Positions 19,738 through 29,400 of a stretch of DNA of 64,000 nt are shown in pieces (positions within the stretch are counted from its first letter, which is position 1; every line of letters begins with the position of its first letter). This DNA comes from a virus: positions 32,001 to 96,000 of IMG/VR virus record IMGVR_UViG_3300022752_000024; one strand, given 5' to 3'. The notes under the pieces were generated by a model that was not told the DNA's origin, did not search any database, and saw nothing but the letters and a program-made list of their open reading frames with translations. The position numbers and the translations under genes are program-made.

Positions 19738-21378
19738 TTAACCTAATTGAATCCAATTTTTAACGCTTGCAGAATCTGAAATTAATATATATTGTCTTCC
19801 TGTATCAGAATTAATCCACAAATCTCCAACTAAAGAAGATGCTGTTGATGGTGGTGAACTAGATGTAGTCACTCTTGTTTTGTTTTCAAATTTACTTCCG
19901 TTATATGTTAATACTTGACCAGCAGTAGGAAAAAAAACTGAAAAATCATCTATTTTGCCAATAGAAAGAGTAGGAACAGCTCCAATTGAAATTTGTCCAC
20001 CCGAATCTAATCCAGCAACTCCATTAAGAGCATTAATCGATGAAATTGCAATTCTTGGGGTGCTATCTACTGCATTGATTGTTATGTTTTGAGTACCGTT
20101 AAATGGGACTCCATTAATTGTTCTTGCTGTAGATAATAGATTCGCCGTATTTGATGCTTCTACTTTTAGAATGGTAATGTTTTGAGAACCATCAAACGAA
20201 ATATCATTAATTGTTCTTGGTGTAGATAATTTATTAGCTTGGTTAGCTGTGTTAGCTAGAATAGCTTGATTTGCTGTATTTGATGCTTCTACTTTTAAAA
20301 TGGTAATATTTCGAGAACCATCAAACGAAATATCATTAATTGTTCTTGCTGTAGATAATTGATTTGCTGTATTTGATGCTTCTACTTTTAGAATGGTAAT
20401 GTTTTGAGAACCATCAAACGAAATATCATTAATTGTTCTTGCTGTAGTTAACTGTGGTGCGCTAATAACGTTTGCTATTAATTGATTAGTATCATCAGAA
20501 TAGGTAAAAGTTATTTTTCCATTAATGTGACTTGAATGTGCTAATAACGGGGCAACGTAGTCTTGAACTTGTTCTTGAGTTAGTTGACCTTGTGCGGCTA
20601 ACAACAATGCTGTGTTTGCTGTGTTAAAAGCAGATTGAACGGAATCTCTTGCGTATTGATCTACTCCACTACCGCCGTTACCTCCATTACTGCTATTACT
20701 ACTCAAACTACTAATAACATTTGCTATTATTAAATTATGTACATCATCATATGTAAATGTTATTCTTCCACCATCATGATAATTGTGTGTGAATAGTGGA
20801 GCAACATAGTCTTGCACATCTTCTTGCGTTACTGATCCGCCAATACCACCGCTACTAGTAATTGCTATTACCGCAGTAATTGGATTTGAAGATACTGAAC
20901 TAATTCTTCCATTAGATTCTAAAGTAATCACTGGAACATGGGTTGAGTTTCCATAAGTTCCTGGTGCTACACTAATATTTGTCTTATCGGTGTTTGCAGT
21001 ATTGTAAGCTGCTTGTGCTAAAGTAGTTGCCGTATTACCTTGATTGAACGCTGACTGTGCAAGAGTAGTTGATGAATTTGCTTTATCAAAAGCTGCTTGA
21101 GAAGTTGCTCTAGCACTTAAATCTGCCGTACGAGTTTGTGCTGCGTTTGCTGCAATAAAAGCAGAATTTGCTGTGTCTCTTGCAGCTTGAGCGACTAATA
21201 GTGTTCTTTCTGTAGTTGCTCCACTATTTGCTGAAGATATTTCGTAGCCACCTTTAAAGACGCCATCGTGCAGTCTCAACGCCTTAGCTTGAAGATCGAC
21301 AAATATCTCACCTTCTTGTCCGGTAAGAGCATTTGCATCAGCAGTGGTACCTCTACGAAATTTAAATACTGATGTCAT
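19738..21378 (-). CDS. Tail/neck fibre protein with Mtd-N-like N-terminus and internal repeats
   Basis: FRRGTT...GEIFVD...LRLHDG N-terminus; ARTINDISFDGSQNITI repeats; GDLWINSDTG C-terminal motif. Confidence 0.7.
   Translation of the reverse strand: MTSVFKFRRGTTADANALTGQEGEIFVDLQAKALRLHDGVFKGGYEISSANSGATTERTLLVAQAARDTANSAFIAANAAQTRTADLSARATSQAAFDKANSSTTLAQSAFNQGNTATTLAQAAYNTANTDKTNISVAPGTYGNSTHVPVITLESNGRISSVSSNPITAVIAITSSGGIGGSVTQEDVQDYVAPLFTHNYHDGGRITFTYDDVHNLIIANVISSLSSNSSNGGNGGSGVDQYARDSVQSAFNTANTALLLAAQGQLTQEQVQDYVAPLLAHSSHINGKITFTYSDDTNQLIANVISAPQLTTARTINDISFDGSQNITILKVEASNTANQLSTARTINDISFDGSRNITILKVEASNTANQAILANTANQANKLSTPRTINDISFDGSQNITILKVEASNTANLLSTARTINGVPFNGTQNITINAVDSTPRIAISSINALNGVAGLDSGGQISIGAVPTLSIGKIDDFSVFFPTAGQVLTYNGSKFENKTRVTTSSSPPSTASSLVGDLWINSDTGRQYILISDSASVKNWIQLG
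20075..20450. repeat. About 93-bp (31-aa) tandem coding repeats, about 4 copies
   Basis: Repeated ARTINDISFDGSQNITILKVEASNTANQLST with near-identical DNA. Confidence 0.85.
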
Positions 21379-21379
21379 C

Positions 21380-22459
21380 TTATAATAGGTCTATAATTTG
21401 ATTACCTGGGTCATTAAGATCCAAAATAACGCTTTGTGGAACAATCGCTACTGTAGCATTAGCATTAATGTTTGGTGCCTCTGTAACTATAGTATTGATT
21501 GTGTGTGGAGTATTTATATTTGCTGTTAGTGGATTAACTGTCGTATTTGCTAATGCTAACTTTCCACCTTGTTGGTTACCTGAAATCAAATCTCTTTCGG
21601 CAAGACTATCGGCACCAATTATAACTGATCCAACTTCAAAGGTACCTGATATGTCCTTGAGTATTAGAACATTTGTTGATGAGTTAAAAGAAACTACAAC
21701 TCCGGTAGCCGTAGCACTATCTAGAGAGTATCCTTGATAGACAGTTTCACCTTGTTTAAAGTTTCCAAATCCAGTATTAGTGACATTAAATTCTACTGTT
21801 CCGTTTTGCGAAATATTTAAATTACTTAGTGATAATAAAGTTTGTTTAATTACTTTGCCTTCTTGTATAGCACCATATACAAAACCTTTAGCAGTAAATC
21901 CTAAAGTCCAAACAATTATTCGAGTAGGAGAAGGTCCTTCGCCTTCATAGTCTACACTATAATCTACTTTGTTTAACAGAATAGGAATTTCTTTTGTTAT
22001 TCCCATCGAAGGAATAAGATTTAATTTGATTGTATAATCTGGAGTAAAATATGGTAAAATATGTTCTATGATTTGAGTACCATCTTCTATGTTTCGAACA
22101 TAAAGATAGAGTTCAAAATTAAAATTATATGGTACTGGATTATACTGTGCTAATTTAGTATTTCCATTAGAAGAAGATGCAAAATTTTTTACGTTAGTAA
22201 CTTGTTTTCTTGTCGAGTCATACTGCATACTTGTTAAATCAAATGACATTCTAGGCAATGTAGTTTGAATTTTTTTATCGAGATCAGGATCACCAAGTAG
22301 TCTTGCAACATATTTCTCTTTAGGAGAATAGATAATAGGAACTTTAATTCTTCTATTTTCAGTATTATCCAAATTATAGCGAATTAAAGTTATGTTGTCG
22401 AATAAGTTACCAAAACCTATAACAAGTTTGCGAATAATTCTATGGTAGGTGTTTGACAT
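21380..22459 (-). CDS. gp15: Tail sheath stabilizer/completion protein with C-terminal extension
   Basis: FGNLFDNI, KVPIIYSPKEK, LPRMSF, PVPYN, QIIEHILPYFTP. Confidence 0.93.
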   Translation of the reverse strand: MSNTYHRIIRKLVIGFGNLFDNITLIRYNLDNTENRRIKVPIIYSPKEKYVARLLGDPDLDKKIQTTLPRMSFDLTSMQYDSTRKQVTNVKNFASSSNGNTKLAQYNPVPYNFNFELYLYVRNIEDGTQIIEHILPYFTPDYTIKLNLIPSMGITKEIPILLNKVDYSVDYEGEGPSPTRIIVWTLGFTAKGFVYGAIQEGKVIKQTLLSLSNLNISQNGTVEFNVTNTGFGNFKQGETVYQGYSLDSATATGVVVSFNSSTNVLILKDISGTFEVGSVIIGADSLAERDLISGNQQGGKLALANTTVNPLTANINTPHTINTIVTEAPNINANATVAIVPQSVILDLNDPGNQIIDLL

Positions 22460-23346
22460 TATATGTTACCAAATGGATTATTTTCTGTGAAATCGATAAT
22501 TGTATTGGCTTCATCGTGAAGGTGTTTATTATCATATTCAGCATGTAGTTGGCTTTGTAAATATTCATCAGTTGATGATATAGTTGATCTAGCATTAGAT
22601 AGTTGACCTCTAACTATATTTCCTAACAAGAATTCTCCTTGTATCTCATTTAATTCTAATGAGTTATTGACTGGATCATAGTAGGAAATAACTCCGCTGG
22701 CATATGAATTCGCAATAGTAATATCTGTACTTTGAAATGCAACTTCTCCAAGTTGATATCTTCCATTTGCCGAAGAAATAATAAATTTCTGAGAATATGC
22801 TTCAACATCTTGTATTATATCAATTCCTTCGATTCCTGTACTTATAGTTTCTTGTGAATACTTGAACTTCTCTAGCTCTATCTCGTAGAAATATGGAACT
22901 TTACGACCTAACATTGCCATGTCTTTATTTTGATTGACAAATTTGATTTCAAACAATTCACCTTGACCATTTAGAACTGGAACATAGATGAGATCGCCTT
23001 CTCTTGGTCGAGTAATTGTTGATCCGTTTGCAATTCTCTGAGCAAATGATCTTTTGGACACGATCATTGTCATCGTACTCTTTATTTCTAATCCAAATTT
23101 ACTAAAGAATTCTTTCTCTCCTCCATATTCCATCACATTGCTAGGATATAGTTCAATTGAATATACAGTAGTAAATGTTTTTAGTGGATCTTCACCGTAG
23201 ATTAAATCTCTAGATTCTTCGTTATTATTGGGAAGATAATAGCAATCCGTACCCATTATTTTAATGGATTCTGTAATTAAATCTTCAACTAAGCGTTGTT
23301 CTGTATATTTTGCGCCGTAGTTATTAAAATAGTGATTAGTTGGGAT
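22459..23346 (-). CDS. gp14: Neck protein; probable ATC start at 23346
   Basis: The frame is open upstream of ATG 23256 and encodes PTNHYFNNY...EQRLVEDLITESIKIMG (typical gp14 N-terminus); FSKFGLEI, RPREGDLIY, DFTENNPFG. Confidence 0.9.
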   Translation of the reverse strand: MPTNHYFNNYGAKYTEQRLVEDLITESIKIMGTDCYYLPNNNEESRDLIYGEDPLKTFTTVYSIELYPSNVMEYGGEKEFFSKFGLEIKSTMTMIVSKRSFAQRIANGSTITRPREGDLIYVPVLNGQGELFEIKFVNQNKDMAMLGRKVPYFYEIELEKFKYSQETISTGIEGIDIIQDVEAYSQKFIISSANGRYQLGEVAFQSTDITIANSYASGVISYYDPVNNSLELNEIQGEFLLGNIVRGQLSNARSTISSTDEYLQSQLHAEYDNKHLHDEANTIIDFTENNPFGNI

Positions 23347-23370
23347 TTTATTTACCTTTTTACTTGTATA

Positions 23371-24150
23371 TTAATTGAGGAAAAACTCAAGAGGAGCCCC
23401 AAAATTATTCTCCATCTCTTTCTCTAATCTCTCTATTTCGTCGGCAGCTTCTTGGTAAATCTTATCACCATTTAATGTTACACCACCAAGCAATTGAACA
23501 CCATCGAATTTCTTTAAGTTGTTTCCCCATGTTCTTTTTATAAGTGCTGTAGCATACTCTTTGAGCCAACGATCTTGCCATACTCCATGGTAAATATCAG
23601 GATTAATTATTGCATAACATTCTGCGATAACAACAGTTCCTGCAGGTGCTTGAGATGATCCCCATGCCCAATCAATAAACAATTTTTTCATATGTCTCTG
23701 ATAGCGAATAGGTACCTCTCCAGTGAACATTAATTCAAGACTACGAAGATGTTGTTGAGTAAGAGTGTAGTTGATGTATGACGCTGATGTGAAGTCGTAA
23801 AGCTCATTTAAACGCAATTGATAACGAAGATCGAACATATTGATTGTTGCCTGAGAATCTTGAATAGGAAAAATTCTAGATACACCAACAATTTCTAATT
23901 GATTATTTGCTGCGTCTTTGGTAACAGACGGGTCCATATTTACATATTTATTATTGACATCCTCTTGCGAAAGTGCTTTAATATAATACACTTTTTGAAG
24001 ACCATCAAAATGATAATCTTGCCAATATTGCAACGCATCGTCGATACGATCTTCCACTTGATCGTCATCCACGTTAATATCAATAACAGGAAACCCTAAT
24101 CTACGAAGGCAGTAGTCTTTAAAATTTTCTCTGGTTTGTATTGTAGCCAT
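23371..24150 (-). CDS. gp13: Neck protein
   Basis: YCLRRLGFPVIDINVDDDQVEDRIDDALQY, WLKEYATALIK, GGVTLNG. Confidence 0.96.
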   Translation of the reverse strand: MATIQTRENFKDYCLRRLGFPVIDINVDDDQVEDRIDDALQYWQDYHFDGLQKVYYIKALSQEDVNNKYVNMDPSVTKDAANNQLEIVGVSRIFPIQDSQATINMFDLRYQLRLNELYDFTSASYINYTLTQQHLRSLELMFTGEVPIRYQRHMKKLFIDWAWGSSQAPAGTVVIAECYAIINPDIYHGVWQDRWLKEYATALIKRTWGNNLKKFDGVQLLGGVTLNGDKIYQEAADEIERLEKEMENNFGAPLEFFLN

Positions 24151-24171
24151 ATAATTCTCCTGATTATACTC

Positions 24172-24179
24172 TATTTATT
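24172..24179 (-). promoter_or_regulatory. Late promoter (AATAAATA) for gp13
   Basis: ATAAATA core upstream of the AGGAG RBS. Confidence 0.65.
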
Positions 24180-25999
24180 TAATCAATAATATAGCCAAAT
24201 GTGTATCCGTTATTACCTAATTGCGCTGCGTTTGGATCATATGTGTATGTAATAACTAATAATCCTGATCCACCACGACCTATATCTCTTGATGAGTTCT
24301 CGAATCTTCCTCCTCCACCTCCTCCACCATATGCACCATTTGCCTGTGCCGCGGTTCCATTGTAACCTGCACTGCCAGGATAACCGGTATTGTTAGCTCC
24401 ACCGCCTCCTCCACCTGGTCCAACAGGTCCAACTATACCAATATATGTATCTGTGTACCAAGAAGCTACATTGTATATCGCTCCATTACCTGACTGTCTT
24501 GCTCCACCTTGTCCTGTAAATCCGCCACCACCTCCTCCACCATTTGTACCATCTCCTGCTATTGCAGCGGAAGTACCTCCAGTACCTCCAGAACCGCCAT
24601 TAGTTCCAGCATTTCCTCCAGCACCACCTACTGTTGCTGTTGCTGCACCTCCACTAGAACCTGCTGAACCTAATGGGCCTGTTGCGGCACCACCACCTCC
24701 GCCTCCAGGAAGAGAGCTTGTTGAAGTGGTATTGTTTGCGCTACTTCCGCTACCACCATCAAACCAATATGGTGCTCCTCCACCACCACCTCCTCTCCTA
24801 ACAGTTGTGGATTTTGTACCAGTAAATCCTAGTCCACCATCACCACCGTTTGCTACTCTTTGTCCTATGGAAGTTTTTATAGAATTAATTCCATATGCTG
24901 TTTTTGCAGTTACAGAAAAAGTACTTTGTGACGCTAATGTAGGTTCACCTGTGGATCCTATAGATGCGTATGTATTTGTTGTTACTGTGTTCCATGTAGC
25001 CGCCGGGGCAACTTGATATGCAATAAATGAACCAGTTGGAAAAGTTGTAGTATTTACTGTATTTGCGTAACCACCTGCTCCACCGCCATGTAAGTTATTG
25101 GTGGATGTACCTGATAACACAATGTTACCTTGACTTCCTCCACCAATAGCATCTATTGTTACTTTTGTAGTACCGGCAGGAAGAATTAAATACTGTTCTG
25201 TTGTTGTTGAAGATTTGAATACCCGGGTTACAGTAGTAGCACTAGATGGCTTTTGTCTGGTGTACGTAATTACAACTAAACCTTGAGAACCAGAGCCACC
25301 GCCTCCTCCATATAGGTCTGCTATGGGTCCACGACCTCCTAGATTACCACCACTACCACCTGACAGACCATAAGAAGTTCCTGTAACGTCCGTCCAAATA
25401 TAATCTACTGTTCCTTTGCTATTGACAGCACCACCATCTCCTCCAGTACTGCTGTTTGCTCTTTTTGTTCCTGGTGTAGTTAAATATGCATAAGTTCCTC
25501 CGTTTGCAGCACCACCTGCACCAGCGACTACTCCTGGTGTAGCATCACCACCATTACCACCTCGTCCATTTGGTCCCGCAGAACCTCCATTGCCACCAAA
25601 ATACGTTGATCCGCTTCCACTAGTTGGATTTCCTGCTACTCCACCATTCCACTTAACATTTCCTATACCATTACTTTCATTATAAACTCCTGAGCAACAT
25701 GCTGATACAGCGCCGTAATTATTAGGTACAGCGTAACAACCTTCTGATGTACTTGTAGGTCCTGTAAATGATACTTTGTTTACCCAAGAGCCGCCAGCAG
25801 CAGCACCAACTGAAATATATAACTTTGATCCTGGCGTTACCGAAAGACTATTTGTTTTGGAATATGCTGAACCGTCACCATCTACGAAAGCGTATCCTGT
25901 TCCACTCAGACACTCGATCTGAATAGAAGTGCAATCTTCAGGAACAATCCAACCATTAACTGAGGATTTAAAGACTACTACGGCTTTAGATGCTGCCAT
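24179..25999 (-). CDS. Glycine-rich fibre-tip/receptor-binding-like protein (two glycine-rich domains)
   Basis: Two repeats of a 'VFKSS...P...IE/D...G...GGGG...GLVVITY' architecture. Confidence 0.65.
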   Translation of the reverse strand: MAASKAVVVFKSSVNGWIVPEDCTSIQIECLSGTGYAFVDGDGSAYSKTNSLSVTPGSKLYISVGAAAGGSWVNKVSFTGPTSTSEGCYAVPNNYGAVSACCSGVYNESNGIGNVKWNGGVAGNPTSGSGSTYFGGNGGSAGPNGRGGNGGDATPGVVAGAGGAANGGTYAYLTTPGTKRANSSTGGDGGAVNSKGTVDYIWTDVTGTSYGLSGGSGGNLGGRGPIADLYGGGGGSGSQGLVVITYTRQKPSSATTVTRVFKSSTTTEQYLILPAGTTKVTIDAIGGGSQGNIVLSGTSTNNLHGGGAGGYANTVNTTTFPTGSFIAYQVAPAATWNTVTTNTYASIGSTGEPTLASQSTFSVTAKTAYGINSIKTSIGQRVANGGDGGLGFTGTKSTTVRRGGGGGGAPYWFDGGSGSSANNTTSTSSLPGGGGGGAATGPLGSAGSSGGAATATVGGAGGNAGTNGGSGGTGGTSAAIAGDGTNGGGGGGGFTGQGGARQSGNGAIYNVASWYTDTYIGIVGPVGPGGGGGGANNTGYPGSAGYNGTAAQANGAYGGGGGGGRFENSSRDIGRGGSGLLVITYTYDPNAAQLGNNGYTFGYIID

Positions 26000-26002
26000 A
26001 TT

Positions 26003-26212
26003 CTATAGTGTCTCCAAAGTAATGTTCTGCGGCCGCAAAGATTGTAGTTCTTCGTATGTTATAAATTTATTCATGTACCATACATATCCTTCGGGAATTA
26101 ATTTTTTTTCCCAACCGGCGGGCAATTCGAAATTTTCATCACATACAATGTTGTTTTGAAATTTATTATTTTCATCAAAAATAGCGTAATTAGGCATTAT
26201 CTTTTCCTTCAA
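26003..26212 (-). CDS. Small hypothetical protein (fibre-associated)
   Basis: YAIFDENNKFQNNIV pattern typical of small fibre accessory proteins; start may be the internal Met (MPNY). Confidence 0.55.
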   Translation of the reverse strand: MKEKIMPNYAIFDENNKFQNNIVCDENFELPAGWEKKLIPEGYVWYMNKFITYEELQSLRPQNITLETL

Positions 26213-26492
26213 ATATATTAATAAAAACAGTATTATCTTCCAATGCTTCTACTTCGTGCCATTCGTTTTCTTTTAGTATAATTGGTGGATGATCTTTATC
26301 CATTTCTTTGTAAATATTTTCTTTTCTTAATGCTGTTTTTCCGGAGACAGTAACAGTTAAATGTGGAAAAGTGTGTTCGTGTTTTGATAAACCTTCACCG
26401 GTATTTACGTTATATGAATTAAATGTCATATTTTTATATTGGAAGGTATACTTTGGACCAACATTAATTATGTTTTTGTTACTTTCAGACAT
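26190..26492 (-). CDS. Cupin-domain protein
   Basis: GEGLSKHEHTFPH...ENEWHEVEALEDNTVFINIF cupin motifs 1 and 2. Confidence 0.8.
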   Translation of the reverse strand: MSESNKNIINVGPKYTFQYKNMTFNSYNVNTGEGLSKHEHTFPHLTVTVSGKTALRKENIYKEMDKDHPPIILKENEWHEVEALEDNTVFINIFEGKDNA

Positions 26493-29400
26493 ATCGATGC
26501 TCTCGTAATTGTAGAAACAGTTTGCACATTATATGATAATATATTTGATGCTGCTATTGCTGTTGGTGTAATTAAAGTATAATTATTTTTTGATGCAGAA
26601 CTTGTTATAGAAATAGGAACACCAAAACTAATTTCATTTGTTCTTGGTAATGTTGATCCCCATGTACTATAATTCTCATTATATACGTTCATTCCTATAG
26701 TACCATTCTGGTCAGTCAAAATAGTCCAAGAGACAACATTACAGTTAAACGGTATTTCAAGTGAACCACGAAGTCCTGTAGATATAACAGATCCTCCACC
26801 ATCTATAACAAATACAATTTCTGAGTTTCCTGTTGCAGCTCCACCTCCACCAGAAACTGCGGTAGTAGAAACAGAACTTATTCTACCATTGGCGGCAACA
26901 GTAATTACTGGAACAAGACTACCACTACCATAAGTACCAGCAGTTGCATTGATATTGGTTACATCTGTATTGGCTTGATTGAATGCTGCTTGCGCCAATA
27001 CATTAGCACTATTAGCTTTATTAAAAGCAGCTTGAGCAACTACGTTAGCAGTATTGGCTTGACCATATGCCGATTGAGCAACTACGTTAGCAGTATTAGC
27101 TTGATTAAATGCAGCTTGAGCTAACACATTGGCGGTATTGGCTTGATCGTATGCTGCTTGAGCATATGTCAAAGAAGAAAAATATGTAGAGTCGTTACCG
27201 TCAAGTAAATCTGCATCTAGTCCTGATCCAGAACCATCGACTGTCTTGATACCTTCAATCAAAGCAGTATTTGATATTGCTGGTCCTGTTGATCCAGCAA
27301 CGCTTGTTACTGCTGACTGATTTGATATCTGAACAATTCTACCTTGTGCATCCACATTCAATAAAGGATATGTGTATTGTCCTGCTGTTATGGTTGAAAT
27401 TGTTTTTAAACCAATTGTTATGTCACCGGTGGTTCCTGTTGCAGAAAGAGTAGAATCATTAGCCAAACTGGTAACTGCACTAATTGAAGTATTAACAATG
27501 TTAGTTACTCTACCATTAGCAGCAACAGTAATTACTGGTATAGTTTTGTTATTACCATAAGTACCAGCAGTTGTACTAATATTGGTTACATCAGTATTAG
27601 CAGTATTAAAAGCAGCTTGTGCCTTGGTGTCTACATTGGTTATATTGGTATTTTGTGTTGCATTAATACCTACTTGCAAAGCCACATTAGAAGATAAGTT
27701 TGTTACTGTGGTGTTAGCTTGATCGAAGGCAGCTTGAGTATAGGTATTCTGTGTTGCATTAATACCTACCTGAAGTGTAACATTAGAAGACAAATTGGTT
27801 GCTACAGTATTAGCTGCATCAAAAGCAGCTTGAGTATAGGTATTTTGTGTTGCATTAATACCAACTTGTAAAGTAACATTGGATGATAAATTAGTAGCTG
27901 TGGTATTTGCTTGATCGAAGGCAGCTTGTGCTAACACATTGGCACTATTAGCTTTATCATAAGCAGCTTGTGCCTTGGTGTCTACATTGGTTATATTGGT
28001 ATTTTGTGTTGCATTAATACCTACTTGCAAAGCCACATTAGAAGATAAGTTTGTTACTGTGGTGTTAGCTTGATTAAAAGCAGCTTGAGCAACCACATTG
28101 GCTGTATTAGCAGTATCTCTAGCATATTGGTCTGTTGTACTGCTTCCACCAGATATGGCAGTATTTACTACAGACACTATCCTACCATTGGCGGCAACAG
28201 TAATTACTGGAACAAGACTACCACTACCATAAGTACCAGCAGTTGTACTAATATTCGTTACATCTGTATTTGCTTGATTAAAAGCAGCTTGTCCTATTGG
28301 TTCTGATGTTAGAACTAAGCTGCCTCCAGAATATACTGCACCCGCATATACATTACCAACAACTCCAAGACCACCTTTGACTTGCAAAGCACCTGTTGTT
28401 GTAGAAGTGCTTGTGTTTGTAGTTTTAATTACAACAGTATTTGCTGCTGTAATTCTCATTACTTCATTTTCTGTATTTAATCCACGAGTAGCAAATATAA
28501 TATCATTATTCAATCCAGTAGCAACAATTAAGTCACCGCCACCAGTGCTTGTGTTACCATATGCAAACAAATATCCATCGTTAGGACCAATTAAGGTATA
28601 TCCTGGATAATTATATGTACTTGATCCAATACCTAAATCAACATATCCATCGAGTTGTGTTCCATTATCTGCCGTTATAAACAAATCTGAAGATGAATTT
28701 GCTCCGGAGTTAATATTTTGCATATTAAGACCAGAATATCCATTATAATTGGAACTTATTTGAACTGTTATTTGTGGTTCGAGCAAGTATCCGGTTGGTA
28801 TACCAGCATAAAGAGCATTGAATCCATTAGATGCATATCCAAAGAATTGACCAGTATTACCTTTAACTGTAATCGAAGTAACATTACCAATAAAGTTGAC
28901 GTTTCCTTGTACCGTCAAATCATTTTGAACAGTAACTGATCCTGATACAGTACCGCCTCCAGTAACAAAGTTATATCCTGTGTTTGCAGTATTATATGCT
29001 GCTTGAGCTAAAACGTTAGCACTATTAGCTTTATCAAAAGCTGCTTGTGCTTTGGTGTTCGCATTAGTTATATTAGTATTTTGTGTAGCATTAATACCAA
29101 CTTGGAGTGTAACATTGGATGATAGATCAGTTACTGTAGTATTAGCTTGGTTAAATGCTGCTTGTGCTTTGGTGTCTACATTGGTTATATTGGTATTTTG
29201 TGTAGCATTAATACCTACCTGAAGTGTAACATTAGATGATAAATTGGTAGCTACAGTGTTTGCTTGATCAAAAGCAGCTTGTGCCTTGGTGTTTGCATTA
29301 GTTATATTAGTATTCTGTGTTGCATTAATACCTACTTGCAACGCCACATTGGACGATAGGTCGGTTACTGTATTATTAGCTTGGTTAAATGCTGCTTGAG

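Noticed and set aside
24390-25016. Pro-rich + strand ORF and other antisense ORFs (e.g. 32932-33624, 19226-19690, 56933-57457, 58996-59415)
   Set aside because: Shadow frames of real genes with biased or repetitive codons; no RBS or recognisable motifs.
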